64,000 nt of DNA, from the NCBI GenBank assembly GCA_003022945.1, contig PXRZ01000001.1, positions 913-64,912 on the forward strand, written 5' to 3'. A program made the position numbers and the translations under genes. The stretch is from Halobacteriales archaeon QS_8_69_73. GTDB lineage: Archaea; Halobacteriota; Halobacteria; Halobacteriales; Haloarculaceae. Below the pieces are notes generated by a model that did no database searches, was not told the DNA's origin, and saw only the letters and a program-made list of their open reading frames with translations. This document shows, in pieces, positions 10,147 to 19,908 of this stretch (positions are counted from its first letter, which is position 1; every line of letters starts with the position of its first letter).

Positions 10147-11028
10147 GTGATAGACGTACGTGACCTCCGCAAGGAGTACGGCGGCTTCATGGCCGTCGAT
10201 GGCGTCTCCTTCGGCGTCGACCCGGGGGAGGTGTTCGGCATCGTCGGCCCGAACGGCGCCGGCAAGACGACGACGCTGAAGTCGGTGGCCGGGCTGGTCG
10301 AGCCGACCGACGGCGTCGTCGAGGTCGGCGGCGCGCCGGCCGACGCCCGCGAGACGCGCCGCCGGCTCGGCTTCCTCCCCGAGGAGTCGCCGCTGTACGA
10401 GGAGATGTCCGCGCTGTCGTATCTCCGCTTCTTCGCCGACCTCTACGACGTCCCCCGCGACGTCGCCGACACGCGCATCCACGACGCCCTCGACCGCCTG
10501 GAGTTGGACCACCGCCGGCGCCCCCTCGGCGACACCTCGAAGGGAATGCGACGGAAGGTGGCCATCGCCCGCTCGCTGGTGAATGACCCCGACGTCGTGG
10601 TGTACGACGAACCCGCCTCCGGACTCGACCCCCTGACCACCAACTACGTCGTCGAGTTCACCCGCGAGCTCGCCGACGAGGGCCGGACCGTCGTCTTCTC
10701 CGCGCACAACCTCTACCACGTCGAGGAGGTCTGCGACCGCGTCGCCATCATGAACGAGGGGGCCGTCGTCGCGAAGGGCCGGCTCGAGGAACTGCGCGAG
10801 CGGTACGGCCGCACGGAGTACCACGTCTACACGACGGTCGAGGTGCCGGAGGCCGTCGCGGACAACGGCCACTACCGGCGGGTCGTCGAGGGGATGGACG
10901 ACGTCCGGCGGGTCGAGACGGCCGCCGAGGAGCGCGGCGGCGAGGTGGCCGACATCCGGACGGTCGAGCCGAGCCTCGAGCGGTTGTTCCTCGACCTGGC
11001 GTCGGCCGACGACCGCGCGGAGGCCTGA
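10147..11028 (+). CDS. ABC exporter ATP-binding protein
   Basis: Motifs GPNGAGKTT, SKGMRRK, YDEPASGLDP and SAH. Confidence 0.93.
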   Translation: MIDVRDLRKEYGGFMAVDGVSFGVDPGEVFGIVGPNGAGKTTTLKSVAGLVEPTDGVVEVGGAPADARETRRRLGFLPEESPLYEEMSALSYLRFFADLYDVPRDVADTRIHDALDRLELDHRRRPLGDTSKGMRRKVAIARSLVNDPDVVVYDEPASGLDPLTTNYVVEFTRELADEGRTVVFSAHNLYHVEEVCDRVAIMNEGAVVAKGRLEELRERYGRTEYHVYTTVEVPEAVADNGHYRRVVEGMDDVRRVETAAEERGGEVADIRTVEPSLERLFLDLASADDRAEA

Positions 11029-12887
11029 TGCGCCCGCGGAAACTGCTCCGGATCGCCCGCTGGGAGACGACCACGGGCGTCGGCGGCGTCGACCGCGGCG
11101 CTATCGCGGTCGTCCTCGCGGCCATCGCCTTCGTCGGCGCCGTCGGCGTCGTCGGTTTCGTCGGCGGCGTCGCCATCGAGGACGGCATCTACCGGGTCGG
11201 CGTCGACGAGGACAGCCGGTTCCACGCCCCCGCCGCCGAGGACCCGTCGCTCGCGGTCGTCGAGCCCGACCCCGCGGTCGTCGCCGACGGCCGCCTGGAG
11301 ACCGGCCAGGGGTACGACATCCACGTCCGGGAGACCGCCGACGGCACGCGGCTGTACCTCGCCGAAGCGGGCGGCGAGCCGACCGAGAAGAGCCGCGCCG
11401 CCGCGACCGCCTTCCGGGAGGCCGTCGAGGCGCACAACGAACGACGGATGCGGCTCGAGTCCAACGAGACGGCCGCCTTCCCGGTCGTCGTCACCCTGGA
11501 GTTCGTCGCCCGCGATGACGCCGACGGTGCCGAAGCTGGCGGCGACGGCGACAGTGGCAGCGGTGGCAGCGGCGGCGGAACCGGCGACGGCAGCGGTAGT
11601 GGCGACGGCGACGACACCGGCGGCCCCGGCGGCCCGTCCGACGGCACCGGCACTGGCACCGGCGACGGCGGCGTCGGGGCGCCGTCGCTCGGCGCCTTCG
11701 ACCTCTTCGGCACCGCCGACACCGCCGGCTCGCCGTCGGACATCTCGCCGCCGTTTCCCTTCCAGTCGCTCGTGCTGGCGTTCGTCTTCGTCCTGCCGCT
11801 GAACTTCCTCATCCAGGCCTACGGGAGCTCGATGCTCGCCGAGCGGCTCGACCGCCGCGGCGAGCTACTGTTGGTCGCGCCGGTCAGCCCCGCGGAGATC
11901 GTCTTCGGCAAGACGCTGCCGTACTTCGCGGCCGCGCTCGGCATCACGACCGTCATCGTCGCCGGGCTCCGACTGCTCGGCGGCGGCGCCGGCCCGCTGT
12001 CGGTGCTCGCGGTCGTCCCGCTGGCGCTTTTGTTCCTCGCGACGACGTTCCTCGGGGCGATGTTCGCCCGGTCGTACAAGGAACTCACCTTCGTCTCGGT
12101 GACCGTTAGCACGCTCCTGACGACGTACGCCTTCGTGCCGGCCGTCTTCGCCGGCACGAGCCCGGTGGCGTTCGTCTCGCCGCTCACCATCGCCGTCCGT
12201 GACCTCACCGGCGCCGGCGTCACCGTCGGCCAACTCGCCTTCGCGACCGGCCCGGCGACGCTGGTCGCCGGCGTCTGCTTTCTGCTGGGGCTCGGCGTCT
12301 ACCGCGAGGAGGACCTCTTCACACAGCGGCCCGTCCACCTGAAGGCGCTGGACGCGCTAGCGGGCCGCATCCGCCGGCCCCGGAGCCTGGTCCTGGTGGT
12401 CGCGCTGATGGTCCCGTTCGTCTTCGTCGCGGAGCTACTGGTCGTCGTGCTGCTGTTCGTCCTGCCGGTGGCGGTGTCGGTACCGCTCGTCTTCGGCGCC
12501 ATCGCGGTCGTCGAGGAGCTGGCCAAGGGCGTGCCGGTCTACGCCGGCTTCGTTCGGGGCCGCTACGACCGGACGCTCGGCGCCGCCGTCGCGGCCGGCA
12601 GTGCCGCCGGCGTCGGGTTCTTCCTCGCCGAGAAGCTGTCGCTGGCCGTCCAGGTGGTCGGGCTGCCGGAGGTGGCCGTCGCCGACGCCGCCTTCCAGAC
12701 GGGACTCGGCGCCGGTGCCGGTGTCGTCGCGCTGTTGGCCGTCGCGCCGCTGCTGTTGCACGTCGTCACGGCGACCGTCTCGGCGGTCGGCGGCAGCCGG
12801 GGCCGACGGGGGTTCCTCGCTGGCCTCGCGGCGGCGGCACTGCTGCATCTCTGTTACAACGTCGCGGTGGTGAGCCGCCTTGTCTAG
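11028..12887 (+). CDS. ABC-2-type permease fused to a C-terminal PrsW-like intramembrane metalloprotease domain
   Basis: Permease motif AERLDRRGELLLVAPVSPAEIVFGK. C-terminal VVEELAK, GFFLAEK, LLLH and LLHLCYN match the PrsW pattern. Gly/Asp-rich loop. Confidence 0.8.
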   Translation: MRPRKLLRIARWETTTGVGGVDRGAIAVVLAAIAFVGAVGVVGFVGGVAIEDGIYRVGVDEDSRFHAPAAEDPSLAVVEPDPAVVADGRLETGQGYDIHVRETADGTRLYLAEAGGEPTEKSRAAATAFREAVEAHNERRMRLESNETAAFPVVVTLEFVARDDADGAEAGGDGDSGSGGSGGGTGDGSGSGDGDDTGGPGGPSDGTGTGTGDGGVGAPSLGAFDLFGTADTAGSPSDISPPFPFQSLVLAFVFVLPLNFLIQAYGSSMLAERLDRRGELLLVAPVSPAEIVFGKTLPYFAAALGITTVIVAGLRLLGGGAGPLSVLAVVPLALLFLATTFLGAMFARSYKELTFVSVTVSTLLTTYAFVPAVFAGTSPVAFVSPLTIAVRDLTGAGVTVGQLAFATGPATLVAGVCFLLGLGVYREEDLFTQRPVHLKALDALAGRIRRPRSLVLVVALMVPFVFVAELLVVVLLFVLPVAVSVPLVFGAIAVVEELAKGVPVYAGFVRGRYDRTLGAAVAAGSAAGVGFFLAEKLSLAVQVVGLPEVAVADAAFQTGLGAGAGVVALLAVAPLLLHVVTATVSAVGGSRGRRGFLAGLAAAALLHLCYNVAVVSRLV

Positions 12888-13923
12888 AATCGCCGTCGCC
12901 CGCCGGGAGCTGGGGTCGCTCTCCCGGGAGAAGACGATCGTACTGGCGATTCTCATCCAGGTGATCATCGCGGGCTTTTCGTCGTTTTTGGTGGTCGGGC
13001 TGACGTCGCTGTACGACCCCGACGCGGCCGGCGGCGACGTCGAGGTGGCGGTGACCGGCGAGGCGGCCGACGCGATGGTCGCCGCCGCCGCGGAGACGGA
13101 GGGGCTGACGCCGCGGCGCGTCGCCGATCCGGCGGACGCCCGGGCGGCCTTCGACCGCGGGGAGGTGGCGGCGGTGGTCCGCGCCGAGCGGCGGGACGGC
13201 CGCATCGCCGTCTCGGCGTCGGTCCCGCAGTCCAGCCTCCGGAAGACGCTGGTGGTCGTCCAGTTACGGACGGCGCTGAAGACGCTGGAGCGCGACGAGC
13301 GGGTCACCCGCAGCGGCTCCCTTGCGGCGCCGCCGCTGCCGGTGCCGCCGGCGACCGACGCCAGCCCCTACTTCGGCTTCTCCTACACCGTCCTGCTGCC
13401 GCTTCTGGTGTTTCTGCCGGTGTTCATCAGCGGCGCGGTGCTGGTCGACTCCCTGACCGAGGAGATCGAACGTGGCACCCTCGAGCTGCTGCGGGTGACG
13501 CCGCTGTCGTTCGTCGGCATCGTCGACGGCAAGGCCGGCCTGCTGGCGGCGCTGGTGCCGGCGCAGGTCCTCGCGTGGGTCGCCCTGCTGTCGATCAACG
13601 GCATCGCGGTGTCGAACGTCGCGGCGCTGATCGTCATGGCGGCCGCGCTGGCGGTCATCGCGGCCGGCTTCGCCGCCGGCCTCGCACTCGCGGTTCCGGT
13701 CCGCCAGCGGGCGCAACTGACGTATTCGCTGGGGGCGCTTGCGGCTTTCGCCGCGGCCGCCGGCCTTCCGGAGCCCCCGGCGACGACCGTCGCGCGGCTG
13801 GCCATCGGCAGCGCGGCCCGAACGACGTGGCTTCACCTCGCGGGCTACGTCGTCGCCGCCGTCGTCGTCGCCGTCGCCGTCCGGCGGTACGCCGGAACCG
13901 TCTCGCCGGAGCGATTCGGCTGA
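12880..13923 (+). CDS. ABC-2-type permease
   Basis: DSLTEEIERGTLELLRVTPLSFVGIVDGK; overlaps the previous gene. Confidence 0.87.
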   Translation: MSRIAVARRELGSLSREKTIVLAILIQVIIAGFSSFLVVGLTSLYDPDAAGGDVEVAVTGEAADAMVAAAAETEGLTPRRVADPADARAAFDRGEVAAVVRAERRDGRIAVSASVPQSSLRKTLVVVQLRTALKTLERDERVTRSGSLAAPPLPVPPATDASPYFGFSYTVLLPLLVFLPVFISGAVLVDSLTEEIERGTLELLRVTPLSFVGIVDGKAGLLAALVPAQVLAWVALLSINGIAVSNVAALIVMAAALAVIAAGFAAGLALAVPVRQRAQLTYSLGALAAFAAAAGLPEPPATTVARLAIGSAARTTWLHLAGYVVAAVVVAVAVRRYAGTVSPERFG

Positions 13924-13960
13924 GCCGGGCATTTTTGTCCCGGCCGTCCGACCGGCGGGC

Positions 13961-14825
13961 ATGGAGTACACCACGCTCGGCTCGACCGGCATCGAGGTCT
14001 CGCGCATCTGTCTCGGCTGCATGAGCTTCGGCGACCCCGACTGGCGCGAGTGGGTCCGCGGCGAGGCGTTCGGCAACGACCTCGTCGAGCGCGCGCTCGA
14101 GCTCGGCATCAACTTCTTCGACACTGCGAACATGTACTCCCGCGGCGAGAGCGAACGGATCCTCGGCGACGCCCTCGAGGGCCGCCGCGAGGAAAGCGTC
14201 GTCGCTTCGAAGGTGTACTTCCGGATGCGGGACGACGACCCCAACTCCGGCGGGCTCTCCCGGAAGACGATCGAGCAGGAACTGGACGCCTCGCTGGACC
14301 GACTCGGGATGGAGACGGTCGATCTCTATCAGACCCACCGGTGGGACGACGACACGCCCGTCGAGACGACGCTGCGGGCGCTCGACGATGCCGTCCGGCG
14401 CGGGAAGGCCAGACACGTCGGCGCCTCCTCGATGTGGGCCCACCAGCTCGCGGCGGCGCTGCACACCAGCGACCGGCTCGGCCTCGAGCGGTTCGCGACG
14501 ATGCAGAACCACTACAACCTCGTCTACCGCGAGGAGGAACGCGAGATGCTGCCACTGTGCGAGAAGGAGGGCCTCGGCGTCATCCCGTGGTCGCCGATGG
14601 CCCGCGGCTACCTCGCCCGCCCTCACGAGGAGTACACCTCGACGACCCGGGCCGAAACGGACGACCACGCGCAGGCCCACCCCTACGCCGACGCCGATCA
14701 TCGGCGCCTCGAAGATCGAGCACCTCGAGGACGCCGTCGAGGCCGTGGAGGTGTCACTGTCCGACAGCGACCTCGACTACCTGGAAGCGCCGTACGAGCC
14801 GGTGGCCGTGTCAGGCCACGACTGA
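13961..14825 (+). CDS. Aldo/keto reductase, broken by an internal deletion/frameshift near 14695
   Basis: Motifs LGSTGIEVSRICLGCMSFG, FFDTANMYS and MQNHYNL. HPYAD joins directly to PIIGASKIEHLEDAV in another frame. Confidence 0.88.
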
Positions 14826-14831
14826 GGGCGG

Positions 14832-15824
14832 TCAGCGGCGGCCGATCAGCAGCGCCGTGGCCGCCAGCGCGACGACGGCGGCGCCGGCGCCGAACCCTGG
14901 CCCGTCGGCGGCCGTCGGCGTCCTGACCACCCGGTCGTCCCACCCCTCGGTCCGGGCCGGGGTCGTGGTCGCCGTGGCCGCGTCCCCGTTCGTGTCCGCG
15001 TCGTCGGCGTCGCTCCCGTCGGCCGCCGGCCCGGTCGGCGTGGCGGTCGGGGTCGCCGTCGCGGCCGCGCCGCCGCTCTCGTCGACCGCCGGCTCGGTCG
15101 CGGTCGGCGTCGTTCCGTCGTCGCTCGACGCTCCGCCGTCGCCGTCGTCGGCCGCCGATTCGGGCGTCGCGGTCGCCGTCGACTGCGGCTCCGACGGTGG
15201 CGGGCCGAGTTGCTGGCGGGCCTCCGATTCGTCCTCGCAGTCGCAGATGTAGAAGTAGTGGGAGTCGCTGCCGAAGGTGACCCGCTCGCCGTCGTCGGTC
15301 ACGCCGGTCGTCGTCCCGGAGATGCGGTACCAGCCCGGCTCGTCGGGGTTGTCGATGCACTCGGCGACGGAGATGACCTCGTCGCCGTCGTCGAGGTACG
15401 TCGACGCCCCGATGTCGTCCTCGCTGTTGAACTCCACCTCGAAGACATCCTCGCCGGCGGAGAACGTTTTGACGTTGTCCTCGAGGCTCTCGTCGACCTC
15501 GTAGCCGTCGCGCGTCGCCCCGCGGTCGACGCCGAACGTCTCGCCGTCCTGTGGGCCGCAGTTCTCCCAGCTGCCGGCTTCGTACACCGCGGTGGTCCGC
15601 TCGAGGGTCGCGAGGTCGACGCCGGCCGTCGAGACGACCAGCTGGCCGTACTCGACCTCCGTCGCGCCAGGGCTGCGGTCGCCGAGCGGGACGACCGTGT
15701 AGTTGGCGTCCGCCGGGTCGTGGCTGGCGCCGACGACGCCGCCGTCGGGAGCCGCGGCGCCGGCCAGCAGCGCGAAGGCCACCGCCGTCGCCGCGACCGC
15801 CATCAGCCCGCGATTCCTCCCCAT
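14832..15824 (-). CDS. PGF-CTERM (archaeosortase substrate) surface protein
   Basis: Signal peptide, Thr/Ala/Asp-rich linker and C-terminal DGPGFGAGAAVVALAATALLIGRR. Confidence 0.88.
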   Translation of the reverse strand: MGRNRGLMAVAATAVAFALLAGAAAPDGGVVGASHDPADANYTVVPLGDRSPGATEVEYGQLVVSTAGVDLATLERTTAVYEAGSWENCGPQDGETFGVDRGATRDGYEVDESLEDNVKTFSAGEDVFEVEFNSEDDIGASTYLDDGDEVISVAECIDNPDEPGWYRISGTTTGVTDDGERVTFGSDSHYFYICDCEDESEARQQLGPPPSEPQSTATATPESAADDGDGGASSDDGTTPTATEPAVDESGGAAATATPTATPTGPAADGSDADDADTNGDAATATTTPARTEGWDDRVVRTPTAADGPGFGAGAAVVALAATALLIGRR

Positions 15825-15893
15825 TTGTCGACTTAGTGTAGTGCCTTCGGCCGGTTACGGCTGCTGCCGTCAATCGGCGGGTGGTTCATACCG

Positions 15894-17279
15894 GTAACAG
15901 CGCGGAAACCCACCCCGTTTACGGGTGGGAGGAAGCGTATACGCTCCTGAAGCGAACCATCGACTACAACCGAGCCGACTCCCCGACATTTTTGAACTAT
16001 CAAGCCTACGTATGATACATGGAGAAGCGGCGCACTGTTCCTGTGCGACTCACTGTGGACAGTGACGACGCCGCGCTTCTCCGTGACACCGTAGACGAAT
16101 TCTTGTGGGCCGCCAACTACGTGACACACCACGCCTTCCAAGGAGAGTACGTCACGACGAGCAAGACCACGCTCAATAACGATACCTACGACGATGTGCG
16201 TGACAAAACGCGGTTACACAGCAACCACGTCCAAGCCGCCCGAAACAAGGCTGCCGACGCCTGCAAGAGCGTCGTTGAAAAATGGAAACAGGGCAAGAAA
16301 GCATCAATGCCCCATTTCACCAGCCCACACATCGTCTATGACCACCGTACTGCCACTTTCCATGATGAGTACGTGAGTCTCGCCACGGTTGATGATCGCA
16401 TAGAACCCGACTACGTGTTACCAAGCAATAAGCAAGATACGCCCCACGCGGACTACTTCTTTACCGACGAGTACGAAACAACGGGGGCGGAACTGCACTA
16501 CACGAACGGCAACTGGATGCTTCACGTCCACTGCAAGAAGGACGTGGAGCCTGACACAGCGGAACAGGCGACACCCGAGAACGGAACGGTTCTTGGGGTT
16601 GACCTCGGCGTGAACAACCTCGCAGTTGCCTCAACCGGGACGTTCTGGACGGGCGATGAGTTCGACCACTGGCGACAAGAATACGAGAAACACCGTGGAG
16701 ACTTGCAGGAACACGGGACGCGGTGGGCGCATCAAAATATGCAGGCAGTTGGGCGGAAAGAGACGGGCCGATTCAAACAGACGCTCCACCGGATCAGCAA
16801 CGAATTAGTCGCGGAAGCTTGCGACCACGGTTGTTCGGTGATTGCCTTCGAGGACTTAACCGACATTCGTGAGCGCACTGGTGCGTCGTGGGGGCACAAG
16901 TGGGCGTTTAATCGCCTCTACGAATACGTCGAATACAAGGCCGCAGAATACGGCATCGACGTAGAACAGGTAGACCCGGAGAACACGTCTCGTCAGTGTT
17001 CCCACTGTGAGTTCACGCACCCGGACAACCGCGAGGGCGAGAACTTCGCATGTCTGAAATGCGGCTACGAAAACCACGCGGATTACAACGCGGCAAAGAA
17101 TATTGGTCTGCGGTATCTCCGTCGGAACCAAACTGGCTCCGGGGGAGGCGCACCCGTAGGCGTGCGCTTGAACAGCGGGACGCTGAACGTGAATGGAGAG
17201 TATGAGCCTTCTGCCTCAACTGAGGCCAGAACGGGAGTCCACGCTGAAAGCCTACGACTTTAGCCGTGGGTTAGCTTAC
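15894..17279 (+). mobile_element. IS200/IS605-family, IS1341-like (tnpB-only) insertion sequence
   Basis: Lower GC. Left hairpin CCCACCCCGTTTACGGGTGGG (~15908-15928) and right hairpin GCCTACGACTTTAGCCGTGGGT ending ...TAGCTTAC flank tnpB. No tnpA. Confidence 0.87.
16019..17263 (+). CDS. tnpB: TnpB RNA-guided endonuclease
   Basis: RuvC-I VLGVDLG, RuvC-II IAFEDL, Zn ribbon CSHC/CLKC and Ruv[14 protein letters not shown]; all three acidic catalytic positions are present. Confidence 0.94.
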   Translation: MEKRRTVPVRLTVDSDDAALLRDTVDEFLWAANYVTHHAFQGEYVTTSKTTLNNDTYDDVRDKTRLHSNHVQAARNKAADACKSVVEKWKQGKKASMPHFTSPHIVYDHRTATFHDEYVSLATVDDRIEPDYVLPSNKQDTPHADYFFTDEYETTGAELHYTNGNWMLHVHCKKDVEPDTAEQATPENGTVLGVDLGVNNLAVASTGTFWTGDEFDHWRQEYEKHRGDLQEHGTRWAHQNMQAVGRKETGRFKQTLHRISNELVAEACDHGCSVIAFEDLTDIRERTGASWGHKWAFNRLYEYVEYKAAEYGIDVEQVDPENTSRQCSHCEFTHPDNREGENFACLKCGYENHADYNAAKNIGLRYLRRNQTGSGGGAPVGVRLNSGTLNVNGEYEPSASTEARTGVHAESLRL

Positions 17280-17300
17280 ACGGCGCGGGACCGCCGGAGG
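17120..17300 (+). ncRNA. Predicted omegaRNA (sotRNA-like) overlapping the tnpB 3' end; guide would be the right flank ACGGCGCGGGACCGCCGGAGG
   Basis: Established arrangement of TnpB loci; right-end hairpin present. Boundaries are approximate. Confidence 0.55.
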
Positions 17301-17329
17301 TTTATATCCCGGCCACTAACGGGTCGGCG

Positions 17330-17980
17330 ATGCGGTACGTGAAAGTCTCGCTCATCCCGACCCGGGGGGACATCGACCCCGTCGGCGAGCAGATCGAGGC
17401 CGACCCGTCGCTGACCCGGGATTCGATTCTCCACATCAGCCGGCTCAACGACGGCACGGCGGTGCTGCTCACCCGGATTCGGGGCCGGATGGACGCCCTC
17501 GAGGTCATCCTCGAGGACTGCGAGGCGGTGCTGTCGTACAACGTCTCGCCGCTGCGGGACGAGCTGCAGGCGTACCTCCACACGGAGCCGACGGAGGCGG
17601 CGGCGGCGCTGCTCGAGCTCGAGCGGGAACACGAGTTCGTCCTCGACGTGCCGATCGAATACGGCCCCGACGGCGGGCTCAAGGTCGCCGTCATCGGCGC
17701 GGAGGACACCGTCCGGCGGGCCATCGAGGACGTCCCCGACGAGATACGCGTCGAATTGGAGCAGCTGTCCGACTACGACCCGGAGCTACGGGAGCTGTCG
17801 TCGCTGCTGACCGACCGCCAGCAGGAGATCCTCGATACCGCAGCCGATCTCGGCTACTACGAGGTGCCGCGGGGGGCGACCCACCAGGACATCGCCGACG
17901 AACTGGGGCTGTCGACGACGACCGTCGGCGAGCACCTCCGGAAGATCGAAGCGCGGATGCTGTCGGAGATCGCTCACTGA
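17330..17980 (+). CDS. Bat-like (HTH-10) transcriptional regulator
   Basis: LTDRQQEILDTAADLGYYEVPRGATHQDIADELGLSTTTVGEHLRKIE. TTTATAT box about 24 nt upstream. Confidence 0.9.
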   Translation: MRYVKVSLIPTRGDIDPVGEQIEADPSLTRDSILHISRLNDGTAVLLTRIRGRMDALEVILEDCEAVLSYNVSPLRDELQAYLHTEPTEAAAALLELEREHEFVLDVPIEYGPDGGLKVAVIGAEDTVRRAIEDVPDEIRVELEQLSDYDPELRELSSLLTDRQQEILDTAADLGYYEVPRGATHQDIADELGLSTTTVGEHLRKIEARMLSEIAH

Positions 17981-18513
17981 GCCGGCCGGCGGCTGAGCCG
18001 GCTCGTGAGGTAAGCGCTGACCAGCCCGACCAGCCCGACCGGCAGGCTCACCTGGAGCATGAGCGTCCCCAGCGCCGCCGGGTCGATGGGGCCGCCGCCT
18101 CCGCCCCCGCCCCCACCCCCGCCGCCCCCGCCACCGCCCCCGCCGCCGGGGCCGGGGCCGTACTCGGCCAGCACGGAGAACGTCAGGAACAGCCCGAGGC
18201 CAGCGAAGAGGAAGAAGCCGACGAAGCTGCCGACGCCGGCGACGACGGCCGCGGCGCCGTCGCGGTCCGGGAGCGCCTGTCCGACGCCGACCCCCGCCAC
18301 CCCCGCCGCCAGCGGCCCGACCGCGTAGATGAGGAAGATCGAGACGACGAACAGGATGCCGATCTGCGTCGAATCGAGGGGGTCGGTGCCGGGGTCGACG
18401 AACTGTTCGATGAAGAACCCGAGGGTGAAGTTCGCCGCCAGCCCGAGGCCCGCCCCGAGCGCGGCGAACACCGCGACGACGGCCAGCGCGTAGACGTACG
18501 CGGGTCGACTCAT
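17974..18513 (-). CDS. Four-TM membrane protein with a poly-Gly loop
   Basis: Hydrophobic segments with an uninterrupted Gly run between the last two. Confidence 0.75.
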   Translation of the reverse strand: MSRPAYVYALAVVAVFAALGAGLGLAANFTLGFFIEQFVDPGTDPLDSTQIGILFVVSIFLIYAVGPLAAGVAGVGVGQALPDRDGAAAVVAGVGSFVGFFLFAGLGLFLTFSVLAEYGPGPGGGGGGGGGGGGGGGGGGGPIDPAALGTLMLQVSLPVGLVGLVSAYLTSRLSRRPAQ

Positions 18514-18644
18514 ACCGGATTGGACACAACAGAGCCGAATGTAGGTACCGGTCTCCCGACGGCTCCCCGAGGTCGATGATGACCGCGGGGCCGATGGCCT
18601 TCCGCGACCGGCAAGCGGAAGCCGGCCCCGCCCGTCCCGGAGGT

Positions 18645-19279
18645 ATGGCTGACCTCCTCTCGATGACGTGGCGGGACCTGCTGTTCGCTCACTGGCCGGT
18701 CGCCGCCGAGACGGTCGCCCGGCGGCTCCCGGCGGGGCTGTCGGTCGACACCCACGACGGCGACGCCTACCTCGGGGTCGTCCCGTTCGTGATGTCGGAG
18801 ATCGGCCCCCGTGGGCTACCCATCGGGCTCGGCTTCGGCGAGCTCAACCTCCGGACCTACGTGACGGTCGACGGCCGGCCCGGGGTGTACTTCTTTAATC
18901 TCGACGCCGACGACCGCCTCGGCGTATTCGTCGCGCGGACCCTCTTCCGACTGCCGTACTACCGGGCGGAGATGACCGTCGAGGCGTCCGGCGAGGGGAC
19001 AGACCGGGCGGTCAGCTTCCGGAGTCGACGCCGGTCGGCGACGGCGGCGCCGGCCCGGTTCGAGGCGACGTACGGGCCGACGGGGTCGTTCTCGACGCCC
19101 GACCCCGGGTCGCTCGCGGCCTTTCTCTCGCCCCGGGGCGGCTGGAGGCCGGAGAGAACACTATGTTCGCGGCCAACGGCTTCGACCGGCCGGCTGGCGA
19201 CCCGCTGGTCCACTTCGCGGCGCCGATCGACGTGACGGCCGGGCGGGTCCGCCGTGCGGCCGGCAAAGCGGCCAACTAA
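18645..19279 (+). CDS. DUF2071/YqjF-family protein, broken by a deletion/frameshift near 19127
   Basis: MTWRDLLFAHWPV and ELNLRTYV...PGVYFFNLDA. GSLAAFL is joined to ...ENTMFAANGF in another frame. Confidence 0.82.
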
Positions 19280-19305
19280 GTACGACGCGGCCACAGCTAC
19301 GGCCG

Positions 19306-19908
19306 ATGGACGCCAACACCGAACGGGGCGACGGCGAGCCGTTCGACGAGCCGCTGACCCCGGCGGTCCGGCCGGTCGGCGCCGAGGAGAACGCCGACGG
19401 GGCCGCGGCTGGCGAGACGATCCAGGTCGAGGAACTGACCGGGTCGCGGCGGACGCTCGACCCGACCATCCAGCGGGTGTGGGTGCTGCAGGCGGCCGTG
19501 CCGTCGCTGGTGCTCGGGGGGATCGCCGGCGCCGCCTTCGCCTTTCTGCCGATCGGCGACGCCTGGGTCGGCACCGTCGTCGCGACCGTCGTGTTCGCCC
19601 TCGCGGCGGTGCTGGCGATGTTGCGGTACCGCTCGTGGGCCTACGAGGTTCGGGGCGACTCGCTGTACCTCGAACGCGGCGTGATCACCGACGTGACGAC
19701 CGTCGTCCCGTACGTCCGCATCCAGCACGTCGACGCCAGCCGGGGGCCGATCGAACGGGCCTTCGGGCTGGCGACGACCGTCGTCTACACGGCCGGCTCC
19801 CGCGGCGCCGACGTCTCGATTCCGGGGTTATCGCCGGAGCGCGCCGAGGACCTCCAGGCCCGGCTGAAACAGCTGACCATCGCCGCCGAGGGCGAGGACG
19901 CCGTCTGA
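19306..19908 (+). CDS. YdbS-like membrane protein with a bacterial PH (bPH_2) domain
   Basis: Two TMs followed by VPYVRIQHVDASRGPIERAFGLATTVVYTAG. Confidence 0.88.
   Translation: MDANTERGDGEPFDEPLTPAVRPVGAEENADGAAAGETIQVEELTGSRRTLDPTIQRVWVLQAAVPSLVLGGIAGAAFAFLPIGDAWVGTVVATVVFALAAVLAMLRYRSWAYEVRGDSLYLERGVITDVTTVVPYVRIQHVDASRGPIERAFGLATTVVYTAGSRGADVSIPGLSPERAEDLQARLKQLTIAAEGEDAV

Noticed and set aside
17280-17300. In-window targets for either predicted guide
   Set aside because: Only short GC-rich chance matches were noticed. A computational search is needed before claiming any target.
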